Shown here: positions 22,867-32,176 of the stretch, one piece after another | Numbering within the stretch: the first letter of the stretch is position 1 | Layout: every line of letters begins with the position of its first letter | Virus record (IMG/VR): IMGVR_UViG_3300011008_000003 | Length of the DNA stretch: 64,000 nt | From: a virus | Lineage: Duplodnaviria > Heunggongvirae > Uroviricota > Caudoviricetes | Strand: one strand, 5' to 3' | Program-made: the position numbers and the translations under genes | The notes under the pieces: model-generated | What the model was told of the DNA's origin: nothing | The model's database searches: none | The model's input: only the letters and a program-made list of their open reading frames with translations

Positions 22867-24082
22867 GGACGTCACCCTTGTAGAGTTTCTTCAGTTCACG
22901 ATTTGTCTTCATCCAGAGATCCGGACGAACACGGTCGATAGAACCGAACTTGATAGCGTTAATAGCGATACCGACATACTGCTTGCACTTATATTCCGTC
23001 GCGACTGCTACGGCTGTCTCATAACGAGTACGAGCGTCTTCGATACCGGAAATTCGAGTTACGATACCCTTGACCTTTTCCAAGGCTTCAGCATAGTAAC
23101 GCTCAACAATTCCGACGTAATTACGCATACCAGCGAGCTCTTCCGGAATGAACTTCACATAGTCAATATCGACTACGCCAGTCATACAGTCGAAATGGTC
23201 GCGGATAGACTTGTACGTAATGCAGTTAATACGTTTAAACATCTCGATATATTCATCACCCTTGACCTTCAAACGGAACTTGACCGGATAACCGTTGATA
23301 GTATGTGCAGAATTGAAAGCCAACACATAACCTTCATAGTTAAGGTCAAGCTTCTTGGCCTGGTCCACACAGTCCTTCAGATTCTGATAACCAGTAATGA
23401 CTTCCGTTACAGGTACGCCGATTTCCTTAGCCAACTTTTCAAGGTCAGCTCGCGGATATTCAAGATGGGTCGCATAGAAAGCGCTAAGCAAAGTCAATCC
23501 TTCGTAATCGTAATGAACTACGTGAACATCGTCCTTGCTCGTAGATTCGAAACAGTATGTTTCTCCGTCAATAAGCTTGCTTGCATCTACATGGTCGTCA
23601 AACCACTTCTTAGCCCAGATTGCCTGTTCAGAATAGAAGCTGCCCGGAGTCTTCAAAATCCAGTCATCCTTATACTTGAAACAGATAATCAGAGAACCGT
23701 CAATCTTGTTAGTCGCCAAAAACGAACCGGCAATGCTCGGCTCGAATTCCTTAAAACGGCTGATAATCTTACCGGTCTCGGCATAGGTTCCGTCTTCTGC
23801 AAAGATTTCAGAATAGTTAAAGAACTTGTCGAACGGATGTGCGACAATCTTACCAGTCTTCTTTTCGAAAACGATACCGCGGCACTGCATAGTCACCTTG
23901 TCCCAGTGACCTGCATAAGTCGTAGCAAGGCTATACTTGAAACCGACCAAATCTTCAGTTTCATGCTTGGTAAGCCAGCCCTTGCGGACATAGCGATAAC
24001 ACTTCTTCATGAAAAGCCAAGACTTAAACGCCTTCCACTTTTCGCCTAAATCAAATTTGATTCTGTAGTATAAGTTAATCAT
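22832..24082 (-). CDS. RNA ligase, T4 Rnl1 family
   Basis: CRGIVF...PFDKFFN, K(I)DGSL motif I, T.GSF.S, EGYV, KVK motif V. Confidence 0.88.
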   Translation of the reverse strand: MINLYYRIKFDLGEKWKAFKSWLFMKKCYRYVRKGWLTKHETEDLVGFKYSLATTYAGHWDKVTMQCRGIVFEKKTGKIVAHPFDKFFNYSEIFAEDGTYAETGKIISRFKEFEPSIAGSFLATNKIDGSLIICFKYKDDWILKTPGSFYSEQAIWAKKWFDDHVDASKLIDGETYCFESTSKDDVHVVHYDYEGLTLLSAFYATHLEYPRADLEKLAKEIGVPVTEVITGYQNLKDCVDQAKKLDLNYEGYVLAFNSAHTINGYPVKFRLKVKGDEYIEMFKRINCITYKSIRDHFDCMTGVVDIDYVKFIPEELAGMRNYVGIVERYYAEALEKVKGIVTRISGIEDARTRYETAVAVATEYKCKQYVGIAINAIKFGSIDRVRPDLWMKTNRELKKLYKGDVHGKCKNQQSSL

Positions 24083-24387
24083 AGCTCCTCTATTGCAAAT
24101 GCTTCTTCTAAAGCGTCTGCCAACATTTTTCGTTCTTCGTCTTTACTGACATTAAAAGTTAAACCGTTATAGTCTACATAATGATTCTGCATCCAACCAT
24201 GAATATTGCTTGTTCCCCAAAGGTCAATCAATTCCGGTAAATCATATTTGTTTTCTTCTGGCAACCATCGTTCGACCGATAATACTGGATGAGCCATGAA
24301 ACTATCCTTCGGAGTGAAGTCAAATCTACCGTTATGGTAAAATCCCCGAACTTTATACTTTTCATCGCTAACCTTTATCTCAATCAT
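24079..24387 (-). CDS. C-terminal-tail family protein
   Basis: YNGLTFNV...EAFAIEEL*; ATG 6 nt after TATATT (24394-24399). Confidence 0.75.
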   Translation of the reverse strand: MIEIKVSDEKYKVRGFYHNGRFDFTPKDSFMAHPVLSVERWLPEENKYDLPELIDLWGTSNIHGWMQNHYVDYNGLTFNVSKDEERKMLADALEEAFAIEEL

Positions 24388-24417
24388 ACGTAAAATATAG
24401 TTAATATTCTACGGAGG

Positions 24418-24738
24418 TTAACCCTCTAAATTTTCTATCGACAATTCTGTCTTTAATGCGTCATACAGCATGGCTCGTTCCGGAGGCAAATCCATATCAT
24501 AAATTCTGCCTGCATATTCAATCGACTGCAAATCACTGTTAATAAGCTGTAACTCTTCCATACCGTAATAAGTAGTCGTTACCTGAACACCGTTTACCGT
24601 AATTACGCCGTCGACTCGCTTTGCGATAATTTCAGGAATCCATACGAAGTCATCTTTTTCTGACATGGACTCATATTGGTGCAAAAAATCCAGGACTTCA
24701 TATGTTCTTCCAGTCTTTAAAAACTTGATTACTGCCAT
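24418..24738 (-). CDS. C-terminal-tail family protein
   Basis: YAGRIYDM...TELSIENLEG*. Confidence 0.75.
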   Translation of the reverse strand: MAVIKFLKTGRTYEVLDFLHQYESMSEKDDFVWIPEIIAKRVDGVITVNGVQVTTTYYGMEELQLINSDLQSIEYAGRIYDMDLPPERAMLYDALKTELSIENLEG

Positions 24739-24740
24739 TT

Positions 24741-25145
24741 TTACTCCAACTGGTTAATTGCCGTTACAGTATTAAAGTTATGCTCAATTATCGACATGAT
24801 ATGCCTGACATACTTATAGAAATCAGACATTTTCGGACAACGCATATCAAATTCAGGTTCCTTAATTTCAAATCTCTCATCGCCAAAGATAAGTGTATCG
24901 TTTATGAAAATATCCATACACTCATTTACTTCCTCAGCGGTACCGGTATCTTCAGAAACCATGATACACGTATACCAGATTTCGAATAACGGAACACGGT
25001 CAATAAGGCACGGATTATAACACCAATCCGAAATATCCTCATTATCTTCGCAATCGTCGACTACGCACTTGAACTTGATATTGTACGAATTGTCGATATA
25101 TTCGTACTTATTGTCTTCGCCACGTATAACCTTAATATTCCTCAT
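24741..25145 (-). CDS. C-terminal-tail family protein
   Basis: ends TVTAINQLE*. Confidence 0.7.
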   Translation of the reverse strand: MRNIKVIRGEDNKYEYIDNSYNIKFKCVVDDCEDNEDISDWCYNPCLIDRVPLFEIWYTCIMVSEDTGTAEEVNECMDIFINDTLIFGDERFEIKEPEFDMRCPKMSDFYKYVRHIMSIIEHNFNTVTAINQLE

Positions 25146-25151
25146 ATTAAT

Positions 25152-25191
25152 AATATAGGAAAAAGACTGACTTTTGTCAAGCCAGTCTTTT
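25152..25191 (-). promoter_or_regulatory. composite terminator/early promoter, leaderless
   Basis: GACTGGCTTGACAAAAGTCAGTCTTTTTCCTATATT-6 nt-ATG. Confidence 0.85.
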
Positions 25192-25213
25192 CAACAAATA
25201 GGTAAATTATTTT

Positions 25214-26632
25214 TTACAGAGCGCCGAGCTTCTTAAGTTCAGCAATCGTAGATTCCATAAGAGAGTCCTTGACAGGAGCAGATTTCTTAATGGTTTCAGG
25301 TTTCTTAATTGCAGATTCCTTAACAATCTTGTAACCAGCTTTTCTAGCGACACGAACTGCTTCGTTGAAATCGTCAGAATCACTAAGAGTAATATCTTCC
25401 TTGTTCTTCCAGTAATTTGCAGTTTCCTGGTCAAGCTGGTCAACAAGGAATGTCGTAACTTCGTCGAAAATCTTCTTCAAAGTACCGAGAGTATAACCGC
25501 GAGGGAATACAATCTTGAACTTGTCGTAGAATTCCTGGAGAGTACCGTCAAATGCACCCTTCTGACCGACGTGGAACTTACGGTTAAGCTGGTTCATGCA
25601 ATACTGGTAGCACTGACGGACCTGAGCCTTGTCAACCTTACCAACCTTATTCTTGTCGACAGCACCATCTTCAGCGGCAATCGCAACAATACGACGAAGA
25701 GCTGCCGCTGGAATTGCATCGAAACCGATAGAACCTCCACCGAAACTAGAACCAGAACCGCCGTTTCCACCGCCAGAAGCAACACGACGCTTTTCTTCAG
25801 CTTCAATCTGGTCGATAACCTTCGGATTATCAAGAGCTGCCATGATACGCTTCAGTTCCTTGTTGAGAGGCGGTTCTTCACCCGGAGCAAGAAGCTTACG
25901 TCCGAGCATCTTACCAACTTCCTTAGCGACATAGAAATAGAAATTATCGAAATAATACATCGCATTATCGGATTCGAGAATATCAGCAAGACGTTCGAGA
26001 GTTTCCTTAGAAAGAGTATATTCCTTTCCAGCCTTCTTAGCACGGTGCCAGTCCCAGAATTCTTCAATAGCCTGTTCCGGAGAACCTTCCCAGTTATCCA
26101 TCAAGAACGGCTTAAGAATACGAAGAACCGTTTCATAATGACGACCGAAAGCCTGTTCCGCAGTTTCACCTTTAATTGTCGAATCTTTATCCTTTACCCA
26201 ATTAACAAGCGTTTCAAAAGCAGGTTTTGATTCAATCGCAGACACTTTTTCGCGGTTGGCTTCATGTTTTGCCCTGTAATAATCCCAGAACAAATCAATA
26301 TTATTATCCACTTCATCCTTTAAACGGTCAACCTGGTCAATAACTTGATACAGGTCAATGTCATTCTTGTTAGCGACGTTGATAATAAGATATTCAAGCT
26401 GAGCCTTCTTTTTAGAATTCTTCAAGCTCGGATCGATATTGAGCTGCTTTGCAACTGTGTCCCAGTCCAAACCGTATTCTTCAATAAACTTGCTAAGCCT
26501 ATTATATGTCGGGTCTCCGTCCTTTTTAAGAAAATCGCCAAGGATAAATAAAAGATTTTCAAGAGAATTTTTACCGTGAACACGGTCAGAGGCACGAGAC
26601 ATTTCTGTCAAAACGTAGTCTTTAAATTTCAT
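25214..26632 (-). CDS. late protein with capsid-targeting-like N-terminus (putative internal head protein)
   Basis: TATAAATA 26659-26666; MKFKDYVLTE; Gly-rich linker; EAVRVARKAGYKIVKES motif. Confidence 0.55.
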   Translation of the reverse strand: MKFKDYVLTEMSRASDRVHGKNSLENLLFILGDFLKKDGDPTYNRLSKFIEEYGLDWDTVAKQLNIDPSLKNSKKKAQLEYLIINVANKNDIDLYQVIDQVDRLKDEVDNNIDLFWDYYRAKHEANREKVSAIESKPAFETLVNWVKDKDSTIKGETAEQAFGRHYETVLRILKPFLMDNWEGSPEQAIEEFWDWHRAKKAGKEYTLSKETLERLADILESDNAMYYFDNFYFYVAKEVGKMLGRKLLAPGEEPPLNKELKRIMAALDNPKVIDQIEAEEKRRVASGGGNGGSGSSFGGGSIGFDAIPAAALRRIVAIAAEDGAVDKNKVGKVDKAQVRQCYQYCMNQLNRKFHVGQKGAFDGTLQEFYDKFKIVFPRGYTLGTLKKIFDEVTTFLVDQLDQETANYWKNKEDITLSDSDDFNEAVRVARKAGYKIVKESAIKKPETIKKSAPVKDSLMESTIAELKKLGAL

Positions 26633-26718
26633 TATTAAACTCCTTAATTATTTTATATTATTTATAAGAAAAGCTGACCTTATTCAGACCAGCTTTAAGG
26701 AATAATAATATGAAAGAT

Positions 26719-27837
26719 CTAGCAAACAACTACATGGACATTGTAAAGATACTTTTCAACGATTCCGACTAGTTTTTCAAACTTAATCTTATCGAGAGTA
26801 GTAATAATTCTCGGATTTTCATTCTCAGTATACTTAATTGGATGCTTCCAGAGATTACACTTCTGAATTTCTCTCTTAGTCTTGATGAAATTGATAACCG
26901 TGTCGAAACGTTCCTTAGTCAAATACTTTCGGACATTCTTACACATATATTCAAGCGTATCTGCGAGTTCCTTAGACTTGTCCTTACTCGTCATAGCAAA
27001 GAACCAGAAAATCGCATGGTCCTGAATCGGCTGGAAATCACAGCTGATGTCATAAGTAAGCCCACGCTTCTCACGGAGTTCGTTCGTCATAGGGCTGGAA
27101 CGACCGAACGTAAGCATGTGAGACGCAATAAGAAGATACTGAAAATCTGAACGCTTGAGCACCTTCTTTCCATAAGCATAAACCTGAGCCTTATCGCCCT
27201 TGGCAACCGGCATAATTTCCTTCTTAGTCGCCTTGAACTTCGGAGAGACCTGCTTAGGAAGTTCAGTACAATATTCAATACCCTTGAATTCTGTCCATTC
27301 CTTACCGACTTCGACAATTCGTAACGGATGCATGAAAACATCGTTATACATCTTCTTCGCGTCTTCGTAAGTGAAATTCTTAATGTCTTCTACAAATCCA
27401 CCTGGTTCGACAAGGTTATAATACTTATAGAAGTTATTCAAAATGTTTCCGTCAACAGGATCATCGTAACAGTCAGTAATTTCCTGAATGACGATATTCT
27501 TTTCGGTTTCGAACTCTTCCTTAGTAATAGAATCAAACCCTGACAACAAATCGCTTACGAGCTGCTGTTTAAATTCTCTTGGAAGTTTTGATTCCAATCC
27601 CCTGAAGAAAAATTCTACATAATTAAAACAGGTTTCGGCGTTAAACTCGATACAGTCATTAAGGAAGCGTTCTTCGTACTTATCAACCAATTTACAGATA
27701 AGATGTTCCATCAAATGCGATACGCCGTGCTTTCCTTCCGGTTCATAAATTGAACCTGCCGGATATACCAATGTAAGAGAAGTAAATTCAGATTTCTGTT
27801 GTGCCCTGTGAATATAGCCAGAAAGTATTTTAGTCAT
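26719..27837 (-). CDS. M16 (insulinase-like) zinc metallopeptidase
   Basis: GS.YE..GKHGVSHLMEH (HxxEH), NAET, EKNIVIQE, LREKRGLTY. Confidence 0.9.
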   Translation of the reverse strand: MTKILSGYIHRAQQKSEFTSLTLVYPAGSIYEPEGKHGVSHLMEHLICKLVDKYEERFLNDCIEFNAETCFNYVEFFFRGLESKLPREFKQQLVSDLLSGFDSITKEEFETEKNIVIQEITDCYDDPVDGNILNNFYKYYNLVEPGGFVEDIKNFTYEDAKKMYNDVFMHPLRIVEVGKEWTEFKGIEYCTELPKQVSPKFKATKKEIMPVAKGDKAQVYAYGKKVLKRSDFQYLLIASHMLTFGRSSPMTNELREKRGLTYDISCDFQPIQDHAIFWFFAMTSKDKSKELADTLEYMCKNVRKYLTKERFDTVINFIKTKREIQKCNLWKHPIKYTENENPRIITTLDKIKFEKLVGIVEKYLYNVHVVVC

Positions 27838-28193
27838 TATAAACCCAATTTTTCCTTTAATTCATTATCGTGTTCTTCGTCGTAATCTTCCTTCATAAGA
27901 TGCTTGCGGATTTCATCGACTGTCATGTTTGTAATATCTATATCGTCGACGAACTGGGCAAGGAAATCTTTATCAAAACTGAATGAAGTCTCGTAATAAG
28001 CAAAATTCTTTACTGACTCGGATCTATCGGTATCTTTATATTTAAATCCGGCGTCAACCCACTTATAATTGTCCTTTTCAACGGTGGCAAAGGATTCCGG
28101 GTTTTTAAATGAACGATGCAGGAACAAATCGAAATTCTCGATGTCTTCCTTATGTTGCGGATAGTCCTGCAACAATTTTTCAATGATATACAT
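27837..28193 (-). CDS. hypothetical protein
   Basis: Coupled ORF, no motif recognised. Confidence 0.65.
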   Translation of the reverse strand: MYIIEKLLQDYPQHKEDIENFDLFLHRSFKNPESFATVEKDNYKWVDAGFKYKDTDRSESVKNFAYYETSFSFDKDFLAQFVDDIDITNMTVDEIRKHLMKEDYDEEHDNELKEKLGL

Positions 28194-28567
28194 TAGATTT
28201 CTACTCCTATTGACTTCTTGAATTCGTCAGAACAATCAGCCTTGGGCAGGAAAATCGTCTTGACGATTTCTTCTGGCTTCTGGGTCGTATGCGAAATCTT
28301 CGTACTGTCGCATTCGAACGGGTTATTGTCACCCTCTACGAACAAGTACGAGAACATAGAACTGAACACCAAATCGAAGTTGTGATAACCATCATTATCC
28401 TTTAGATAAAATTTATAAGAGAATACGCCGTCCATAGTAGTAACGCACAGCTCAGTCATCTGCGGTTCCAACGTCTTCATGAAGTCGTCGTATAACGACT
28501 TGCACAAATCATCATCTGCCAGGCAGATACCACAAGAAAACAGGATAATGAACAATATTTTCTTCAT
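28193..28567 (-). CDS. secreted hypothetical protein (Sec signal peptide)
   Basis: MKKILFIILFSCGICLA|DD; leaderless ATG after TTTACG-17-TATATT (28574-28602). Confidence 0.65.
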   Translation of the reverse strand: MKKILFIILFSCGICLADDDLCKSLYDDFMKTLEPQMTELCVTTMDGVFSYKFYLKDNDGYHNFDLVFSSMFSYLFVEGDNNPFECDSTKISHTTQKPEEIVKTIFLPKADCSDEFKKSIGVEI

Positions 28568-28611
28568 ATACTAAATATAACAATAATCTACGATAACGTA
28601 AACCCTTATTA

Positions 28612-28640
28612 AATAAAAGAACCGGGAATTTCCCGGTTCT
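28612..28640 (-). terminator. intrinsic terminator
   Basis: AGAACCGGGA-AAT-TCCCGGTTCT followed by TTTATTT. Confidence 0.85.
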
Positions 28641-28663
28641 CCGAATGCATTCAGAAGATCTTA

Positions 28664-28723
28664 TTAGACCTTTCCGCCCTTGGCCCAAGGTGGTACATTC
28701 TTCGGATTTGTTTTTTCTGCCAT
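28664..28723 (-). CDS. 19-aa late peptide MAEKTNPKNVPPWAKGGKV
   Basis: Own TATAAATA (28741-28748), GGAGGA RBS, tandem TAA TAA stops and terminator. Confidence 0.65.
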   Translation of the reverse strand: MAEKTNPKNVPPWAKGGKV

Positions 28724-28821
28724 ATTATCCTCCAATATAATATTTATAAAAAAACATAAATAATATGTGAAAGACGATAAAAAACATTACAGATATTCAG
28801 AATTTGAGCTGTTTATAGCCC

Positions 28822-29640
28822 TTATTTTGATTCTTTGCTGTCTTTTTTCGCTTCTCCACTTTGTATAATCCTATTATAAGTGGCCTCTGTTATAGTAACG
28901 TCGTTTTCTACTACAGATTCCATGCCGTTGTCATGACGGTATTTCATAATATAAGCCGACATTAACCTTTCAGACAAGAACCCGTACAGTCGAGCCTGAT
29001 ACTGGTAAGTATCATTCGGCATATCGTCCTTTACAGGCTTTTCAATATACAATTCACGATAATCGCCGATATGCATCAACATATTCTCGTAATTGTTATT
29101 TACCTTGAGTTTCTTATCGTAAGTAATAAGAACGCTGAACAAAAGCTCACACATCTCGTTGAACATAGCCTTAGGCAAAATGAACATGTTATATGGATAA
29201 TACCTATGGCTATCGCACATTCTGACCATCGCTTCGGCATATTCCGGATGCAATTTCTTCAGAACTACGAGTGTCTGCATCAGGTCGAGAGCGTTATGGT
29301 TAACGAAATACGACATGAAGTTATTAAGCGGGTTGATCAAGGCGGTTGCGACTATCGGTTTCGTAATTTCAGGAATATCGTTCTTGAAATCAAAATACCT
29401 ACGGTAATGGCAGAAACCAATCCAATCATCCTGTAATTCCGGATGTTTCCATACATAATAGATATGTGAAAGTTCAGACCAAAGCCTGTTGTCAAGAAAT
29501 CCGTCCGACTTGACCAATTCCAGCGACGACTCGTTTTTAATATCCTTATCGGAAATCAAACGATAACAAGGATTCGTGATACCGACATCCTTGTAGTCCT
29601 TATGACAGCATACATAAATTTTAAGATTTTGCATTTGCAC
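28822..29640 (-). CDS. DUF4422 glycosyltransferase-like protein
   Basis: KIYVCCHK, WSEL..IYYVWK, IGFCHYRRYF, YNMFI, RLYGFLSERL. Confidence 0.8.
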   Translation of the reverse strand: MQMQNLKIYVCCHKDYKDVGITNPCYRLISDKDIKNESSLELVKSDGFLDNRLWSELSHIYYVWKHPELQDDWIGFCHYRRYFDFKNDIPEITKPIVATALINPLNNFMSYFVNHNALDLMQTLVVLKKLHPEYAEAMVRMCDSHRYYPYNMFILPKAMFNEMCELLFSVLITYDKKLKVNNNYENMLMHIGDYRELYIEKPVKDDMPNDTYQYQARLYGFLSERLMSAYIMKYRHDNGMESVVENDVTITEATYNRIIQSGEAKKDSKESK

Positions 29641-30388
29641 CTAACAAGTTAAGATATTTTTCATTAAACTGAAGCTTATCGTAAAGCATTCGAACCCAGT
29701 TATCCTGTGCCGCAACGGTTTCTTCCCACTGCTTAAAGTTACGCCTCCAAGAAGCACCTTCGACATGGATATACGGCTTAATATCTCCAATATCGACACA
29801 GATACCTCCAGCCTTGATAACGTCCTCATACATAGTCGAGCCGGCGTCATAATAGAAACCCTTAGGGTCACGCTTATCGGCAAGCATGTTAGTATTAACG
29901 AACGATTCGCTGTTCGAAGCCTTGATACGTTCGAAATCGACGAACGGTATATTGTTCTTCTTCAGGAATTCGACATCAATGTAACAGTACCATGGATGTA
30001 CTCGCTTATGGATATGGAATCCGCCTCTGTCACCACAAATATCGCCGTAAAGCTGGATATTCCTGGACTTGACCAAATTGATAAACTTTACCGGGTCAGA
30101 AACACAGAAACAGTCAGAATCAAGCAGAAGCGCATATTTGGTTTTGACCATGCCGATTGCCCGATTCATGGCCTCAGCATGAGAACCGCCCGGATTGTTT
30201 GTATAGGCGATTTTATATTCGTTGAGCATTTCCCTATTAGACTTGTATTCCATCGGGCTATTTTCGAAAATTAACAGATTTTCCTTTGAAAACCCGTATC
30301 GAGCGAGCTGATGTAAGCAGAGCCTAAATTCCTTGTTAGCTTTGTAAGAACAAATAACGACTGTTAAATCTTCAAATTCTTTTCTCAT
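29621..30388 (-). CDS. GT-A fold (family 2-like) glycosyltransferase
   Basis: LTVVICSY, A.AMNRAI..VKTKYALLLDSD (DxD). Confidence 0.8.
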   Translation of the reverse strand: MRKEFEDLTVVICSYKANKEFRLCLHQLARYGFSKENLLIFENSPMEYKSNREMLNEYKIAYTNNPGGSHAEAMNRAIGMVKTKYALLLDSDCFCVSDPVKFINLVKSRNIQLYGDICGDRGGFHIHKRVHPWYCYIDVEFLKKNNIPFVDFERIKASNSESFVNTNMLADKRDPKGFYYDAGSTMYEDVIKAGGICVDIGDIKPYIHVEGASWRRNFKQWEETVAAQDNWVRMLYDKLQFNEKYLNLLGANAKS

Positions 30389-30503
30389 ATATTTCCTTCA
30401 CGAAATCACGATTAAATATAGCAAATTTTGATTTATTTATAAAACCGCAAATTTTTTCTAGTTTTCTCATTCTTATAAATAAAATAAGGGAATTCCGACA
30501 TTT

Positions 30504-31256
30504 TTGAGGCTTTCATACATGGCATATACACTAAAATACTGTTACGAAATTTATGATTTCTTCAATAAAGATTTCTTCGAGGAAGAACTCGGTAAAAAGT
30601 TAAGTTCTTGCCAAATCGTAACTGATATGGTCGAAGGCGACAAGATTTTCGGAAAACACAACTATGATGGCCTGTCTGGCCTTTCATTGACCCGTAAGGG
30701 CAAAAACTTCATCTGGCTCAACAAGTACCTGTTTGAAAACAAAAAGCTCCTCCTGAATACGATTCTGCACGAAATGATACACCTGTTCGATAATCTCGTC
30801 AACCCGGACGTCAGGTCCTATCGTGCAGGTCACGGAGCATACTGGACAAAGATTGCTAAATTCGCTACTTCCCTTTACGGTCAGCAAATCGGACCTATCG
30901 AACGCTATGCCGACGCTCACGAATCCGAAAGACTGAGCCATTACAAGATGATGAGACATACGAAAACATTGTCGAATGTCTATCTTGTCAAACTGTCCAC
31001 ATGGGATCTCGTTCCTATCAAGGACCTTACAGACGAACAGATTGAAATCCTTAAGGGAACAGACATTATCGGAATCTATAAGGTAAAACCAGGAATCGCC
31101 CAGACGGAAAAGACTCGTGTTCAGCATTATGCAACATTCCAGTCATTATTGGAAGATATTGAGGGCGGATTAACAGAAGAGGAGGAAGAATTGTTCTCCC
31201 ACCTCAGAATCGATGTCACTCAGGACACTACAGTAGTCTGGCTTCGCCGTAAATAA
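30504..31256 (+). CDS. SprT-like zinc metalloprotease
   Basis: FN..FF, TILHEMIH, HGAYW; late promoter TATAAATA 30474-30481. Confidence 0.75.
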   Translation: MRLSYMAYTLKYCYEIYDFFNKDFFEEELGKKLSSCQIVTDMVEGDKIFGKHNYDGLSGLSLTRKGKNFIWLNKYLFENKKLLLNTILHEMIHLFDNLVNPDVRSYRAGHGAYWTKIAKFATSLYGQQIGPIERYADAHESERLSHYKMMRHTKTLSNVYLVKLSTWDLVPIKDLTDEQIEILKGTDIIGIYKVKPGIAQTEKTRVQHYATFQSLLEDIEGGLTEEEEELFSHLRIDVTQDTTVVWLRRK

Positions 31257-32131
31257 TTACTTACATGGACACGGGTTTCGATACTTAATAAATCGATACC
31301 TATTGTCAGTCACTGCATCCATGGCTTCTTCCGTATAGGAAATGAAGCCTTTTTTCTTCATAGCGACTACGTTAGCGACGATTTCGGCAATAGCCTGCTT
31401 CTGCTCTTCGTCAGTCGGAAGAATAACGCCAGGAGGCGGAACCGGGTCGTCAATATATTCCGTATGTTCCTTAGCCTGTTCGTCGAGATAGATAATCGCT
31501 GGAATTTGGTCACTATAGCAACCGAAGATTTTTCTTAATGTTTCAAGTATCATTTTTACCTCACTTATAATTCAATATCACTTAATATCATTCTTTCCAG
31601 TTGTTCCGGAATAGAGGACAACGGCGTAAGGTTATCCTCATTGATATATCTATAAACTTGTGTATTTCCCTTTATATAAAAATATTCAAGTAATGCACTC
31701 TTGTGCATTACTTTAAGACACATGGTCGATGTTTCAGGGGTTTCGTTAAATGTAGCGCAAGTAACCTTGGCTGCAATATTTTCAAATACTGACTTTACTT
31801 CTGAATAACGAGCATTAAAAGAATTATTCATACCTTTTATTTATAAGGCATGATTCTCCTTATAGCTCGACATATGACGGTTTTCAGTACGTTCCTTAAA
31901 ATATCCAAGCTTAGTGAGGGTCGCTTGGAATTCCTTAAACGGAACTTCGATAGGCAAGCCGAAAATATCGTCTTCCTTGAGTGTCGCGATTTCCTTGTCA
32001 GGTTGATAGGTAATATGTACGAGCTTGCCGTTTACGTCAAGTACGCATTCGTTCATATTCCATGACTTTACGTAAGACATTACGCCTTCCGCATTCTTGA
32101 AACGCCATAAAGCAAAATCTACTAATCCCAT
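31257..32131 (-). other. three small hypothetical genes behind composite promoter at 32152-32184
   Basis: ORFs 31257-31553, 31565-31831, 31841-32131; CTGACA-17-TATATT with hairpin and T-tract. Confidence 0.65.
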
Positions 32132-32176
32132 TTTTAATCTCCGATACGGATAATATAATAAAAAAGAAAGGACTTG

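Noticed and set aside
22844-24049. 401-aa + strand ORF (likewise 17071-17967, 25571-26230, 52299-53237 and many shorter ones)
   Set aside because: Exact antisense shadows of well-supported - strand genes with strong codon bias; no RBS, promoter or motifs.
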